This document shows, piece by piece, positions 14,985 to 28,349 of a stretch of DNA of 64,000 nt; position 1 is the first letter of the stretch; each line of letters starts with the position of its first letter. Both the position numbers and the translations under genes were made by a program. This DNA is from Octopus vulgaris. Its lineage: Eukaryota. The stretch covers positions 66,340,001-66,404,000 of the forward strand of contig OX597821.1 in the NCBI GenBank assembly GCA_951406725.2. Direction: 5' to 3'. The notes under the pieces are model-generated. The model made no database searches, was not told the origin of the DNA, and was given only the letters and a program-made list of their open reading frames with translations.

Positions 14985-15545
14985 TGATGTAGTACCAGAC
15001 AGTGGCTCTCATGGCTTCTGATCTTGACTGATTGGAAGTGTTATCATGCACATTGTTTTGTCTTGGTATAAAAGATGGGCTACAGCAAATATTCTGCTCA
15101 ATACCACAGATTTGCTTGTCAGTTGTTTGACCTTAACCAGTTGACCATGTCTTTTAGTGGCTGACGATATGTGCATCTCTGATCACAAGCAGAAGTAGTG
15201 GGGGAGCATTATAGCCGTGTGTTGAAAGGAATTCTTAGAGGTTTGGATAATTCACCATTAGAAACATAGGTGTTTCGTTCAACATCTTTAAAGAATCCTT
15301 ACTCAGGGACCTTTTGAGCGGGATGAGCTACTCGACCAGAAGAAAATTTTAATTGGGCCATGCCTGCAACGTCATGCACTGTTTATCTTGATATGAGATC
15401 AACATGTCGCGCACACATGGTTGTGATGCATGTGCCTAGTGTACCCTTATCAGACGGGTAGTCATGTTGGGTATACCGGGCTTTGTATATTTTACCACCA
15501 GTGTCACTCTGATGGCATGCACTGCTCTCTCACTCAATAATAATA
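14985..15545 (+). mobile_element. Unclassified ~550-bp interspersed repeat associated with (AAT)n
   Basis: Homologous pieces at 62590-62968(+) and 62280-62412(-). Confidence 0.7.
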
Positions 15546-15604
15546 ATAACAACAATATAGAAAAATACCTTAGGAGTGAAAACCCTGGTTCGAAATTTCC
15601 CCAA

Positions 15605-15650
15605 GACACCTGATGAAGGCTGGAGAGTATATCAGCTGAAACGTTGTGTT
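15605..15650 (+). ncRNA. Minimal type-I hammerhead ribozyme in ~145-bp PLE-like repeat (15558-15705)
   Basis: GACAC-CTGATGA-A-GGCTG/CAGCT-GAAAC-GTT-GTGTT. Confidence 0.75.
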
Positions 15651-15797
15651 AACAACAAACAAGATGAGGACAAATATCTGTCAATTGTAAACAATGTAAA
15701 TAAAACCTCTATTACTTTCATATTTTCTACTCTCCTTCACACACACGCACAAACAGATGCGCGCGCACACGCTTAAGCACTCATTCACACAAGCATG

Positions 15798-15829
<32 letters not shown>

Positions 15830-16024
15830 TGCACACGCACATACACACACAATGAAACACATCGGTGTCTGTTTACTCGTTTCAGCCAATCAGCTGTGGT
15901 CATGCTGGACGAGACAAAAGTTTTACAATGAATATAGCTCACGGTTGCCTATTTTGTAGATGGTCAGAATAAAAGTATCCGAGAAATTTAGATACCATGA
16001 CCAGTTGAACCAAGTAGCTTATAA

Positions 16025-16812
16025 TCCTTTCTACTGAAGGTATAAGGCCTCAAATTTGTGGGGAGGGGACTAGACGATTACATCGATCCCAGTGCTTCAC
16101 TGGTACTTAATTTGTCGACCCCGAAAGGATGAAAGGCAAAGAACGTAGCGACAGGCGAAATACCGCTAAGCATTTCGTACAGCGTTCTAACGATTCTGCC
16201 AATTCGCTGCCTTAACCAAATAGCCAATAATTATTTCAAATTTTTTCCATAAGGGCAGCTTCGGGAAGGTGGGGATGAGTCGATTATATCGATCCCAGTG
16301 TTTCACTGGTACTTATTTTATCGACCCCGAAAGGATGAAAGGCAAATTCGACCTCGGCGGAATTTTAACTCAGAACGTAGCGGCAGACGAAATACCTCTT
16401 CTTTTACTGCCCACAAAGGGCTAAACACAGAGAGGACAAACAAGGACAGACAGAAGGATTAAGTCGATTATATCGACTCCACTGCGTAACTGGCACTTAT
16501 TTAATCGACTCCGAAAGGATGAAAGGCAAAGTCGACCTCGGCGGAATTTTAACTCAGAACGTAGTGGCAGATGAAATACCTATTTTTTACTGCCCACAAA
16601 GGGCTACACACATATGGGACAAACAAGGACAAACAAACGGATCAAGTCGATTATATCGACCCCAGTGCGTAACTGGTACTTAATTTATCCACCCCGAAAG
16701 GATGAAAGACAAAGTCGACCTCGGCGGAATTTTAACTCAGAACATAATGGCAGACGAAATACGGCTACGCATTTCGCCCGGCGCGCTAACGTTTCTGCCA
16801 GCTCGCCACCTT
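16025..16812 (-). mobile_element. SINE C multimer with ~184-bp tandem units
   Basis: CCGAAAGGATGAAAG at 16121, 16327, 16511, 16694; tRNA-like head at the right end. Confidence 0.85.
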
Positions 16813-16999
16813 CGGAGTCACCCATATTGATTTTCTCGTGGCAATTCCTTTAGCATATCGACTGTACGTAGGCAGCTGACTTCCACAAGAGAACATGTTT
16901 TATTTTGGAGATTATTTTAGGCATGGATGAAAATTAATAACCACCGCAAGAAATTTCAACATCAATAGTGATATGGACCGCCTTTAATTTAAACAGAAA

Positions 17000-17580
17000 C
17001 CAGGTAGCAGGTGATTAACATCGATTAAAACAGCTTTTAAATGTCACATAAAATTTCTTTAACGACGTACACTAACCATCAAGCGTCGGAGTACATCCAC
17101 GAATGTAATTCGACTCTCGGTGTATAATTACCTCAGATGTTTTAAGAAAGAAGCTTCTCCAATACTTGATTCTATACTTCTGAGATGAGGAACTTCTATA
17201 TTATGTACGAGCAAAACGCCCCTCGTCCAATGGACGGTGCTGAGTTGTCAAACATTTAAACAAAATTTTCTCAAAACGACTTGCCCGACCGTCCCATAAG
17301 TCTCCCCTTCGAGAAACATTGATTTAAACTAAGTTTGAGATACCAGCAAAAGACGGGTTTCGACTGATGTACTTGCGCTTACAAATGCAGGTTCTCACGG
17401 CTTTATCGATTGCATTCTCACCTGGAATCGATTTTGTAATTTTTTTCAAGACTTATACACGCCCTGATATCGTCGGTATCTACATATCAAATTTGAGCGC
17501 AATCGGATGGAGGATGCTCGAGATCCTAGAAGACACACACACACACACAGACAGACAGAACGGATTTTATATAATATATT
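17000..17580 (-). mobile_element. Possible non-autonomous Helitron-like repeat
   Basis: rc start ATATTATATAAAATCCGTTCTGTCTGTCTGTGTG resembles Helitron-derived 5' ends; no CTAG end found. Confidence 0.3.
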
Positions 17581-17667
17581 AGTCAGGCTAATGTCTTCAT
17601 CATGATTGTTGCTTTCACAACCTTTCGGCTTCATCAGGTTCTGAATTAAAGAAGCCAATCATATATA

Positions 17668-17699
<32 letters not shown>

Positions 17700-17772
17700 C
17701 ATATATATATACATACATACATATACATATATATGTATTTATATATATATATATATATAAAAATATACATAT

Positions 17773-17843
<71 letters not shown>

Positions 17844-18194
17844 ATTACTGCTTGACAACCAGTGTTGGTGTGTTTATGTCCCAGTAGCGTAGCGGTTCGG
17901 CAAAAGTCACCGATAGAATAAGTATCAGGCTTTTAAAAAATAATAAAAAAAACGTACTCGGGTCAACTCATTTGTCTAAAATTCCTGAAAGCGGTGCTCC
18001 AGCATGGATGCAATCCAATGACTGAAACATGTGAAAGAATAAAAAGAATTGCTGTATACCATTTGCATATGGATATAAATAAAGCAACAGATGTGACAAC
18101 TACCGCAGGCAGTGAGGAATTAACATCGAAGATGTAAGCCACATCATCAGTCGGAGTTCGAAAATGTCATCAACATATTATTTACGCAAAGGAA

Positions 18195-18595
18195 GGCGGC
18201 GAGCTGGCAGAATCGCTAGCACGCCGGGCGAAATGCTTAGCGGTATTTCGTCTGTCTTCGTGTTCTAATTTCAAATGCCCTCGGGGTCGACTTTGCCTTT
18301 CATCCTTTCGGGGTCGATTAAATAAGTACCAGTTACGCATTGGGGTCGATATAATCGACTTAATCCGTTTGTTAGTCCTTGTTTGTCCTCTCTGTGTTTG
18401 GCCCCTTGTGGGTAGTAAAGAAATAGGTATTTCGTCTGTCTTCACGTTCTAATTTCAAATGCCCTCGGGGTCGACTTTGCGTACTGGAGTAGAGCTAATC
18501 GGCTGGCATCCTCCCCCCAAATTTCAGGCTTTGTGCCTAGAGCAGAAAATAATCGTTAGCACGCCGGGAGAAATGCTTAGCGGTATTTCGTCTGT
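18195..18595 (+). mobile_element. SINE C rearranged multimer
   Basis: GGCGGCGAGCTGGCAGAATCGCTAGC head, body, and restarts at GGTATTTCGTCTG. Confidence 0.8.
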
Positions 18596-18758
18596 TACTG
18601 AAAATTTATTGTTGGAGTGTGTTCGTAAGTTTCTGTTAATTGTTATATCTCTTGTTGTGCCTATTGTTGGACTTATTGTGGAAAAATTGTAGTATAGTTT
18701 TCTTTCGAAATCTATCTGTGGTTTTGCCCTGTGGGGGAAAACATTAATTGCCGGCAAG

Positions 18759-19874
18759 ATGCCGAAAAGTTCGTCTTCTTCGTCGGGGGACGAATCATCA
18801 ATTGAACGAGAAGCAAAGAAAATAGAAAGCTTAATTTTTGATAATTTTTCTGATGTGTCGGAAAGCGAATTTCCGGCATTACCAAGAGATACGAACACCA
18901 ATAGGAAGACAGAAAAAAGGACCATCCAAAATGAAGAAAAGAAAAGTTTTGCATCAGCGGCTGGTGGTGGAACGCGGCAGCTGTCAACTGACATAAAAGA
19001 ATTATTAAACTATAAAGATATGATAACAGAACAAGATGGAATAGTAAAAGTGGAAATACCAGAAGAAGAATTAACGGAGGAAAAAAAGAAAATTATTATT
19101 TTTAAGACATTTTGCCTAAAAGCTCTTAATATTGATAAAATATGTGATCAAAAAATTGAAAAATGTCTAAAACCCATCTGGCAGGACATTACATATCTAG
19201 CCAGAGGGAAGAAGTTTGGAACCATCGTGGTGAGCTTCAAGAATGCAGAAACGGCACAAAAACACGCTATAAAATCTTTAGAGTCGGAAGACACAATGTT
19301 AATCCCAATTTACATAGGAATGAGAACATCAAAAGAGAGAATACCAAGAATTCCACCCGGTGTAAACCCTATGTGCTTGATGGCAGCAGTCCTGGTAAAC
19401 AGGGAAGATAATATTAACCTCTTGCCGGCTACCGTCACAGAAAATACTTATTGGACAGGTCAAACGCTTAACCTCACATTGCAGGCGGACCTAAAAATTT
19501 TAGAACGGCTCCCAGAAATCGTGGAAGTAGGGGAGGAAGTTCTAAATATTCTTGTTGAGGGGCGCAAGCCCCGATGTTTCCAGTGTGGCCATCTGAGTCA
19601 TATTAAAAAATATTGTAAAGAAGGTGTAGAAGAATCAGACGGCGAGGAGGAAGAAAGAGAGAGAGAAACAGAAGAAAAAAGTAAACAGCAAAAGGTAAAT
19701 GGAAGGCTCGAACCAGCAAAAGCAGAGCAAGCCGAGACCAAAAAAAAAAAAAAAAACGGCCAAGAGAGACAGACCGAGGAAAGCGGAGGGGGTGACGAAC
19801 AGAGGAATAGCTGCACTATACAGCAAAAACGAAGATTTAATGCGGGAAATAAAAACCAAAAAATCAGCAACTAG
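18759..19874 (+). CDS. Non-LTR retrotransposon ORF1 (gag-like, CCHC zinc knuckle; L1/Tx1-like)
   Basis: 371-aa ORF, VEGRKPRCFQCGHLSHIKKYC knuckle, KSFASAA motif, A-rich sense strand; probable frameshift in the poly-A near 19740. Confidence 0.8.
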   Translation: MPKSSSSSSGDESSIEREAKKIESLIFDNFSDVSESEFPALPRDTNTNRKTEKRTIQNEEKKSFASAAGGGTRQLSTDIKELLNYKDMITEQDGIVKVEIPEEELTEEKKKIIIFKTFCLKALNIDKICDQKIEKCLKPIWQDITYLARGKKFGTIVVSFKNAETAQKHAIKSLESEDTMLIPIYIGMRTSKERIPRIPPGVNPMCLMAAVLVNREDNINLLPATVTENTYWTGQTLNLTLQADLKILERLPEIVEVGEEVLNILVEGRKPRCFQCGHLSHIKKYCKEGVEESDGEEEERERETEEKSKQQKVNGRLEPAKAEQAETKKKKKNGQERQTEESGGGDEQRNSCTIQQKRRFNAGNKNQKISN

Positions 19875-19910
19875 ATTAATTGAACTGTCAGAGAAATATA
19901 AAATTATGAA

Positions 19911-20050
19911 GGGCGCTTCTTAAATGACATCAGGTCGAGAAATTTGGATGTAATTGTTGCAACGGAAACCCAGGTGAAGGTTACGAGAAACATGTTTCTT
20001 CGAGTCAGGCGGGAGGTAGAGGTGGGGTGTTGGTCCTACTAAAAAGAAAC
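19911..20050 (+). pseudogene. Start of ORF2 APE endonuclease, deleted and truncated
   Basis: LNDIRSRNLDVIVATET then frameshifted SSQAGGRGGVLVLLKRN. Confidence 0.65.
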
Positions 20051-20067
20051 CGGGTAGCCGAGGAAAA

Positions 20068-20565
20068 GGGGCTAAACACAGAGAGGACAAACAAGGACAG
20101 ACAAACGGATTAAGTCGATTATATCGGCCCCAGTGCGTAACTGGTCCTTATTTAATCAGCTCCGAAAGGATGAAAGGCGAAGTCGACCTCGGCGGTATTT
20201 GAACTTAGAACGTAAAGATAGACGAAATACCTATTTCTTTACTACCCGCAAGGGGCTAAACACAGAGAGGACAAACAAGGACAGACAAACGGATCAAGTC
20301 GATTATATCGACGCCAGTGCGTAACTGGAACTTATTTAATCGACCCCGAAAGGATGAAAGGCAAAGTTGACATCGGCGGAATTTGAACTCAGAACGTAGC
20401 GGCAGAAGAAATACCGCGAAGCATTTCGCCCGGCGTGCTAACGTTTCTCGTATAGATGAAAGGCAAAGTTGACCTCGGCGGAATTTGAACTCAGAACGTA
20501 AAGACAGACGAAACACCGCTAAGCATTTCGCCCGGCGTGCTAAGGTTTCTGCCGTCTCGCCGCCT
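20068..20565 (-). mobile_element. SINE C multimer (184-bp period)
   Basis: CCGAAAGGATG at 20162 and 20346; duplicated head segment. Confidence 0.85.
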
Positions 20566-22746
20566 TAGGAGGCAGTAATAATGTTCCGGATTACATTATC
20601 AAATGTATGCTGCAACCTTAGAATTTGGCTGCTATTTCTAACATGTCGATATCGCTGTTGTGAACTTGTTAGAAAACCGTAGGTGTTTGTCTGACAGTTA
20701 CAAGGCAACAAGTTTCTGCAACAAGAAAAAGCTAAATATATTTTAAGTAGAAATTAAATTTTAAATTTACTCTTTTAACTAATTTGTTCATATATGTTGA
20801 TGTAATTCATTATCCCATCATACTGAGTTGTGCATAATTTATTTAGCTTATAGTTCAATAAAATCACATGGTGAACTTTAGCAAAATGTGCTGTATAATA
20901 TATTAATTAGATCTGCTTACAAAATATATTCGCAGCAGTTACACAAACACATATATGCGCTCGCAGGTACACACACATACACAAGAATACTATGTACAGA
21001 TACATAGCCGTAGGCATGGCTGTGGATGTAGTTAAAAATCTGTTTCGAACGCAAGTGGTTTCGGGCTCGAAATCACTGAGTGGCAACATCGACAATTGTC
21101 TATAGTAGACGATACTAGACGCTACTCTTGGAAGGAAATTTGTGGAAGGAAACTGTGCGGAAGCTTGCCGTGTTTATACGTGTGTGCTCGTGCGTATGTC
21201 AGTGCTCGTGATCACGTGATTACGGTCATGTCCATGCCGTGCCAGCTTGACTAATAGAAATTATCTATAAAATATGTACCGGACTTAAAAATGCTGGCAG
21301 AATCATTTGCAAATTATACCGAGGTCGACTCAGAGTAGCAAAAAACTGACTCGACCAAATTGAAAATAATATCAATGTATACTATCCTATCGAGTACTCT
21401 TTCTCCGTACAGTCAACATTAAATAGCTTACAAACTCATACATAAAGGTTACGTAGAACTACTCTTCGTCGGTTAACCGTTCGTTAATTGAACCATTCGT
21501 TAATTTTGTTGTCAACCACTGTTTACAAAATGAAAATAAGAAACCTGTGCTTCTTACATAAAAGCTAGATAGATCTGCACTTTAATGATGTTTACTTAAA
21601 ATTGTTTGTCTGTAATAAACTGACAAAAGATACACAAACATATACACAGGCATGCACATACATACATATTCATATGGACAGAGATAGTACAGATTAGAAT
21701 GTAGTTAAGTAGTTTTACTGAATATAGATAAAGAGAGAGATTACGATCAGACAGTTTCATTGTTTGACGGGTGTTTTGATGAATCAAGTGTTTAGTAGAC
21801 GATTTTGGAATCATTGTAATTAAAATATATATATTTTTAAAACGCTAATGATTCTCTGAAGTGTTCGTAATATTCTCTTCTGTTTAGTTACTATTTACAT
21901 GAGATTAATCGATTCCATCATCAGCAGTAGGTGTAGCATGTATAAATTAAACTTGATGTATTTTAAATAGTTAGGTTTATTCAATAAAGTGTCGGCTATT
22001 TTTACTCGGAGCAGTATGTAGTACGCTTTCTGTAGTGGAGCTGAATTAAACATGGAGTCGATCGCAAATAGCGTTACGTATTCGACGTTATAGCTCAACG
22101 AACGGCTGGAGGAGTAAATGTGTGGAAGAAGTAGCGAGTGAGTGAACGACTGAACGATAGTGAACGAGAGACGGTTGCACTGAAGTGAGAGTGGCTATGA
22201 GTGAGAGGTGAAAGATGAAAAACCGAGTGAAAGCGAGAGAGAAAAAGTAGATAAAGAGAGAATTAATGAGAGACAAAGAGGAGGAGAAAAGAGGAAGAGC
22301 GCGAACAATAATGAAAGAGTTGCATAAAACTACGAAGAAAGTGTGGAATCGATAAACATAAATATTTTTATGTTCGGTTGCTCTCCAGAAGGATAACGCA
22401 ATATAATCACATATACACTTAAGCATTGGAATACATTTATATAACATATCTGTATATATACGTACATGAAACATTTATACATGAACACATACATACATAC
22501 ATACATACATACATACATACATACATACATACATACATACATGCATACATACATACATACATAGAGTTATACATACTAATACACACACATATGAGTGTCT
22601 ATGTGTCACATTTTAATGCGAAAATATAGAGAGAACTTGAAGCGGTATATATATATATGTATATATATTTAGTCTTAAACACAATCAGGCTTTTGTAAGG
22701 ATCGTGTACACACACACATACACATATACATATACATATATACACG

Positions 22747-22799
<53 letters not shown>

Positions 22800-23448
22800 A
22801 TGGTTCTTATAGAAGTAGGGTTGTTGCTTTTTTCAACAAAAAATTGTCAAAAATGGGACTCATCCTCGCATCCACTTTATTTTCCATTTTCCATTTCCCA
22901 TTCATGCATTCACATCCCCATCAATCCGCATGCATGGTCAAACTCTTATATATTTCCCCATCCCATCCATCCATCTCTTCGTTTATTCATTAGATCGCTT
23001 ATTTATTTATATATATATTTTTGATATGCATCGCTCGATGCATTTTTGTTCCAAACTCTAAATCTCTGTTCTATTTTAATATTTTCATACCTTCAACTAT
23101 TCATTAATTCACTGCTTCATTCCCTTACAAAAATAATTCACGAATATATTTATTTATTGATGAATTTATTTATTATTCAATTAATCTTTTACTCATACCA
23201 TAGCGACGAGCTGCCAGAGTCGTTAGCACGCCAAGCAAAATTCTTCGTGGCATTTCGTCCGTCTTTACGCTCTGAGTTCTAATTTCACCGAGCTCAGCTT
23301 CGCCTTTCATCTTTTCGTAATCAATAAAGTAAGTAACAGTCGACCACTGGATTCGATGTCATCGATTAACTCACTTCATCGAACTTGCTAGCCTTGTGCC
23401 AACATTTGACATCAATCTTTTACTCATTCCTGAAGTTCTATATGTGTA

Positions 23449-23766
23449 GGCGCATTGGCCCAGTGGTTAGGATAAGCGGACTCGCGGTCAGAGGATTGCG
23501 GTTTCGATTCCCAGACCGGGCGTTGTGTGTGTTTATTGAACGAAAACATCTAAAGCTCCACGAGGCTCCGGCAGGGTAGTTGTGGTGGTGGTAGCCCCTG
23601 TTGTACTATTTCGCCCCAACTTTCTCTCACTCTTTCCACCTGTTTCTTGAGTAACGCTGCGATGGACTGGCGTCCCGTCCAGCTGTGGGGGAACACATAC
23701 GCCACAGAAACCGGGAAACCGGGCCCATGAGCCTGGCTAGGCTTGAAAAGGGCGCATAAGAAGAAG
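23449..23766 (+). mobile_element. SINE B, tail type 3 (V/Meta-domain-like body)
   Basis: Family B head then CTGCGATGGACTGGCGTCCCGTCCAG...ACAGAAACCGGG and (AAG)n tail. Confidence 0.75.
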
Positions 23767-24993
23767 TTCTATATATACTTCCATGCGTATCCGTATACGG
23801 TTTGCTTTTCTTCAATTGCTGCAATATTCACTTATATTATTTTCTCATCTTTCTATGTCATAACCAGCCAACCTTCAGAGCAATTACGCTTGCATGTTGA
23901 GACATTTTAGTTCCTTTGCTAAAAGATTATCTAGGCTGTGGCAATATGTGCCATGTATCAAAGAACTAAATCCGGCAGTTACACTCACCAGATGAATAAC
24001 GAGGGAATTTGTTTTTCTCTTGATGTCACAGACTCCATTTCACCCAGCATAGTGAGGTAATGAGTATACATAATGTGTCACGGAAATAACTGACCGTGAG
24101 GCAAAGCTAGCTAGCTCTTTAGAATACCATGAGAGAGGATCGCTCTATAAACTACTACCTTGGATACATAGCAACCCTTTACGTTACCGGAAGTGTGATT
24201 TTAGTGGTTGCAGGTATTTAAGTGGAATAGATGCAGTGTTGGTGTATAATACAATATGTTGTCACTTTTCTCTTATTGCATGCGATGCTAGAAGTGATGT
24301 TGTCTGGACAGCAGTAACTAATTTTAACATCACGCACATTATCAGGTATGTTTGAGCTTTGGAAATGAGGTCTAGAATGTTTGGGTTTTGGAAATGAGGT
24401 CTAGAAATTATAAAATGTTCCTCGATATTTTCATGGGGGGAACTATGTTGCGTAGAGGATCGAATCAAGTTTTTCCATTCCTGTATCTTTGGGTGTTGGG
24501 TACAAAATCCTCTTTGCACACTAATTGCTCATTGGAAGCACTTCACGTTAATACCTTCCTGTGATGAGAAGCAGCTCTGCCAAAGACAAATTTATCAGAG
24601 GATAAATCAGAGACTCTTACGTTAGCAGCTGCACATTTTTCTCTAATTAAAGCTTTGGATGCTTGTAGCTCCTATGAGCTATGCCATCTAGTTAGGCTTT
24701 CGTTTGGAGCAATGCTTATTTTACTTTAAGTAAGATGTGATGCTCAACGTTATTCATTCACCTCTTACAAAACTTATCCGTTGCTACCATTTGATCGAAA
24801 CAGCCTGCAATACATCATCCAATGACAATCAATATTCGGGAAGATCCGTATCTCCCTCACCACTTGGAATCACGCCATCTGAAAGAACAGACAGACTTTT
24901 ACGTTGCGCCAGTCGAACATTGAATAGCATGAACATACCATCTGAATTGATTATACAAATATTTATTCTCCATGATGTCTTTTCGTTTGCCTA

Positions 24994-25124
<131 letters not shown>

Positions 25125-25191
25125 GTACATATGTATATGTACATATGTATATATATATATATATGTACATATATATATATGTATATATATA

Positions 25192-25247
<56 letters not shown>

Positions 25248-25579
25248 TATATGTATAAAGATATATATATATATGTGTATAATTAACCCTCCCCCACCCC
25301 AAAAAAACAAATGGAGAAAGAACACAAGAAAAAACAACAACTCGAGTACGTGGTACACGCAATGTGTTAATAAGACACTCAGAGAAAGAAAGAAAGCGTG
25401 CTTTATGTTTCGAGCAAAGCTCTATACACACATACACACACACACACACAACACACATCTACATATATGCATTTATATGTACGTGTATATAAGTTTATAT
25501 ATATATATACATACAAATATATATATATGCATATATGGATTTATATGTATATATATAAGTTTATATATATATATATACA

Positions 25580-25617
<38 letters not shown>

Positions 25618-25618
25618 C

Positions 25619-25688
<70 letters not shown>

Positions 25689-26167
25689 CTGTGTGTGTGT
25701 GTGTGTGTTCTGGGACATTGCGATTATTATAAAGTCTACAAATGTTTTCATTATTCTCTTACACAACTCTCTTACACAACGTGTATGAATTATAGAGCAT
25801 ATATAAACGCCTTAATAATAAACTCACACAAAATACCGGTATGTGAAATAAAAGCGAAATCACATACTGTCAGCTAGCCCCAAAGCATGGATGTTATACA
25901 TTTAGTTATAATTTAGTGTTAAATGTTGTTGCTTCAGTTGCAAGAGAGGTTCAAGTGCTTGAACTGAGCTTGCGCAAGACAGCATTTGTGAAGCAAGGCG
26001 TGGGGCCAAAATGACAGAAACCTCGGCAGGCCGAAGACAGAAAAAGGGAGGTGTTCGTGGACAAGCCATTGTTTGAAAGCAGACACACCAGCCTAAATTC
26101 ACAAAGACATTCATTCCCCTACATTATTTACATTGGATGGACATGTGTCTTCATCTTGTTTGTTGTT

Positions 26168-26213
26168 ACCACAACGTTTCGGCTGATTTACTCTCCAGCC
26201 TTCATCAGGTGTC
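26168..26213 (-). ncRNA. Minimal type-I hammerhead ribozyme, second copy of the 15558 repeat (26122-26262)
   Basis: rc GACAC-CTGATGA-A-GGCTG/CAGCC-GAAAC-GTT-GTG. Confidence 0.75.
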
Positions 26214-26281
26214 CTGGTAGAATTTTGAACCCAACCCTGGGTTCTCATTCCTAAGGTATTTTTTTGTGGATGTTGTTGTTG

Positions 26282-26331
<50 letters not shown>

Positions 26332-26943
26332 AGTAATCATTACACTATATGCCCGTGGGCTAGCTTCAATACCAAAATTTTCCCCCCTACATGTCCCCTT
26401 CGTCTTATTCTTTTCCTTAACAAGTTTAGACATTTACCAAGTGCCATATATCATTTCTTCACAATCATGCTTTCCTTTTTCTTCTCTATCTCTGTGCTTT
26501 CCAAGCATTTTCGATCGATTCTCCTGCAAGTGAACATGGGATCTGTTGACGACAATGTAAACTTCATTTGTTTAAAGTTTCTTTGGCCCGACGGGTAGCT
26601 AGCGGATTACTCCACATTTGGATATTATTACTTCTGAGGTTCTGCTAGCTATGAAATATATGTAGCCTGGATTATAAACCTGTGAAGATACGGGTATATT
26701 CCAAGCTGTGTCCTCATGAAGTACATCTGTATATCCTACTACTTCAAAAATGTATGTGGGTGTTATATTCGTAGGAGGCATGCATAGGGATTGAAAAAAA
26801 ACTGGAAAATAGTATTTTCAGAGTAATTACATATCAAAACAGAAGATTTGAAAACATTTTTGGTATTATTTATTCAGCATTACAGGTATTTCATTTGCTA
26901 ATAGGAAGTAAAATATTTTACAAGTAGGAGAAGCATGTAAAAT

Positions 26944-26980
26944 ATTGGGTTAGTGCATAATTATTGCGGCTTTTTTTTTC
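26944..26980 (+). mobile_element. Solo mariner-type terminal inverted repeat
   Basis: TA-TTGGGTTAGTGCATAATTATTGCGGCTTTT resembles mariner TIRs of the TTAGGTTGGTGCAAAAGTAATTGCGGTTTT type. Confidence 0.5.
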
Positions 26981-27906
26981 AATAAATTTTATTCAGTTAT
27001 ATATTTAAGCGATGAGAAATTATGTATTATTTACATAACAATATTTAACAAAAATATCTTTAAATGACGGTCTGACTGTCTGCCAAGCAAATGGGAATCA
27101 GTAATTGAAGTAGATAGTGAATATACTCAAGAATAATCATTTAAAGATAGACAAGCATATGAACATGCTTGTATATACAAATATGACAATATCATATACG
27201 TTATCGTATAAAATTTGTAAATGATGCTCTATACTGCCCCTCATTTGTAGGGACTAAATGCATATACTCACCTCTAAGAATGTTACATGTGGTCAGCATT
27301 TCTTCCATACAAATTATCTATGAGCGAAAGAAGTGAAACCTTGATGTTTACCTCCTAGATTTTATCATTGCATCCTTCAAATCGAATGAAGGTACCCCGC
27401 AGAGAAGACGCCTATTTGCGAGTCAAATGCTGTGACTCCGTTGATTCTAACGAGGTAACATAGTGGAGGTTGCGTTTAAACGATATTTGCTCCAGGGTAG
27501 GAAGGTATCCTATTTCCAGCATGCTGGCATTTTTACTTCGTCCATTAAATATGCACTGAATTTACGAATCATATAGGTATATGAATCTTTCTCATGTTTT
27601 TGATGTCAATAATTTCTCTCTTTATGGGCTAAAACGAAATTAGATTTCTGGAAAAATGTTTTTCCATACAGCACACAAAAAGGCAAACTTTAATACAACA
27701 GGCTTAAATCCTTCATTTCCTAATCAGTTAATCCATTTCACTAATTGAATCGACGAGATATATCAGCGTTTTCATTTTATTGAGATAATAACTGAAACTT
27801 CATAGCTCTTCTATCCTTAGAGATTGTAGATTTTATTCTCAAAATGAAATGTCGTTAGGAAACACACCCTCTGCCACTACCTGCATGCTCTGTGAGTGTA
27901 TGTGTG

Positions 27907-27980
<74 letters not shown>

Positions 27981-28114
27981 CACACATACACATATACATA
28001 CACACATATACACACATATATGTTTAATAGTGGTTTTTCTCTAAATTATATACATATTTATGCATATATATATGCAAACATACATACATACCTGATTGTA
28101 ATGCATATATATAT

Positions 28115-28290
28115 ATGATAGATCGGTAGCCAATACACACATTTTTTTCTCCCCTTGTTTCTTTCTGTGAAAGAGCGTAGGCTCGAAACGTAAAAGACAT
28201 TTTCAATTCCCGAGCGTTATACTAATACATCCGTTTGTTTTCTTCACCACCTGTCTTCGTCTTTTGTTTCTTTCGTGAATTCTTCCTACA
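28115..28290 (+). mobile_element. PLE terminal repeat with hammerhead-like motif, inverted relative to 28350-28535
   Basis: TCTTT-CTGTGAAA-GAGC/GCTC-GAAAC-GTA-AAAGA at 28160-28197. Confidence 0.7.
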
Positions 28291-28311
28291 CACACACACA
28301 CACACATACAT

Positions 28312-28348
<37 letters not shown>

Positions 28349-28349
28349 A

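Noticed and set aside
16025-16812. CRISPR-like periodic repeats
   Set aside because: Whole units repeat with no unique spacers; SINE-derived; eukaryotic context, no cas genes
18524-18994. 156-aa minus-strand ORF
   Set aside because: Antisense shadow of LINE ORF1
26440-26525. Short minus-strand exon (ENRSKMLGKH...)
   Set aside because: Splice-like signals only; cannot be linked to other exons or a protein family
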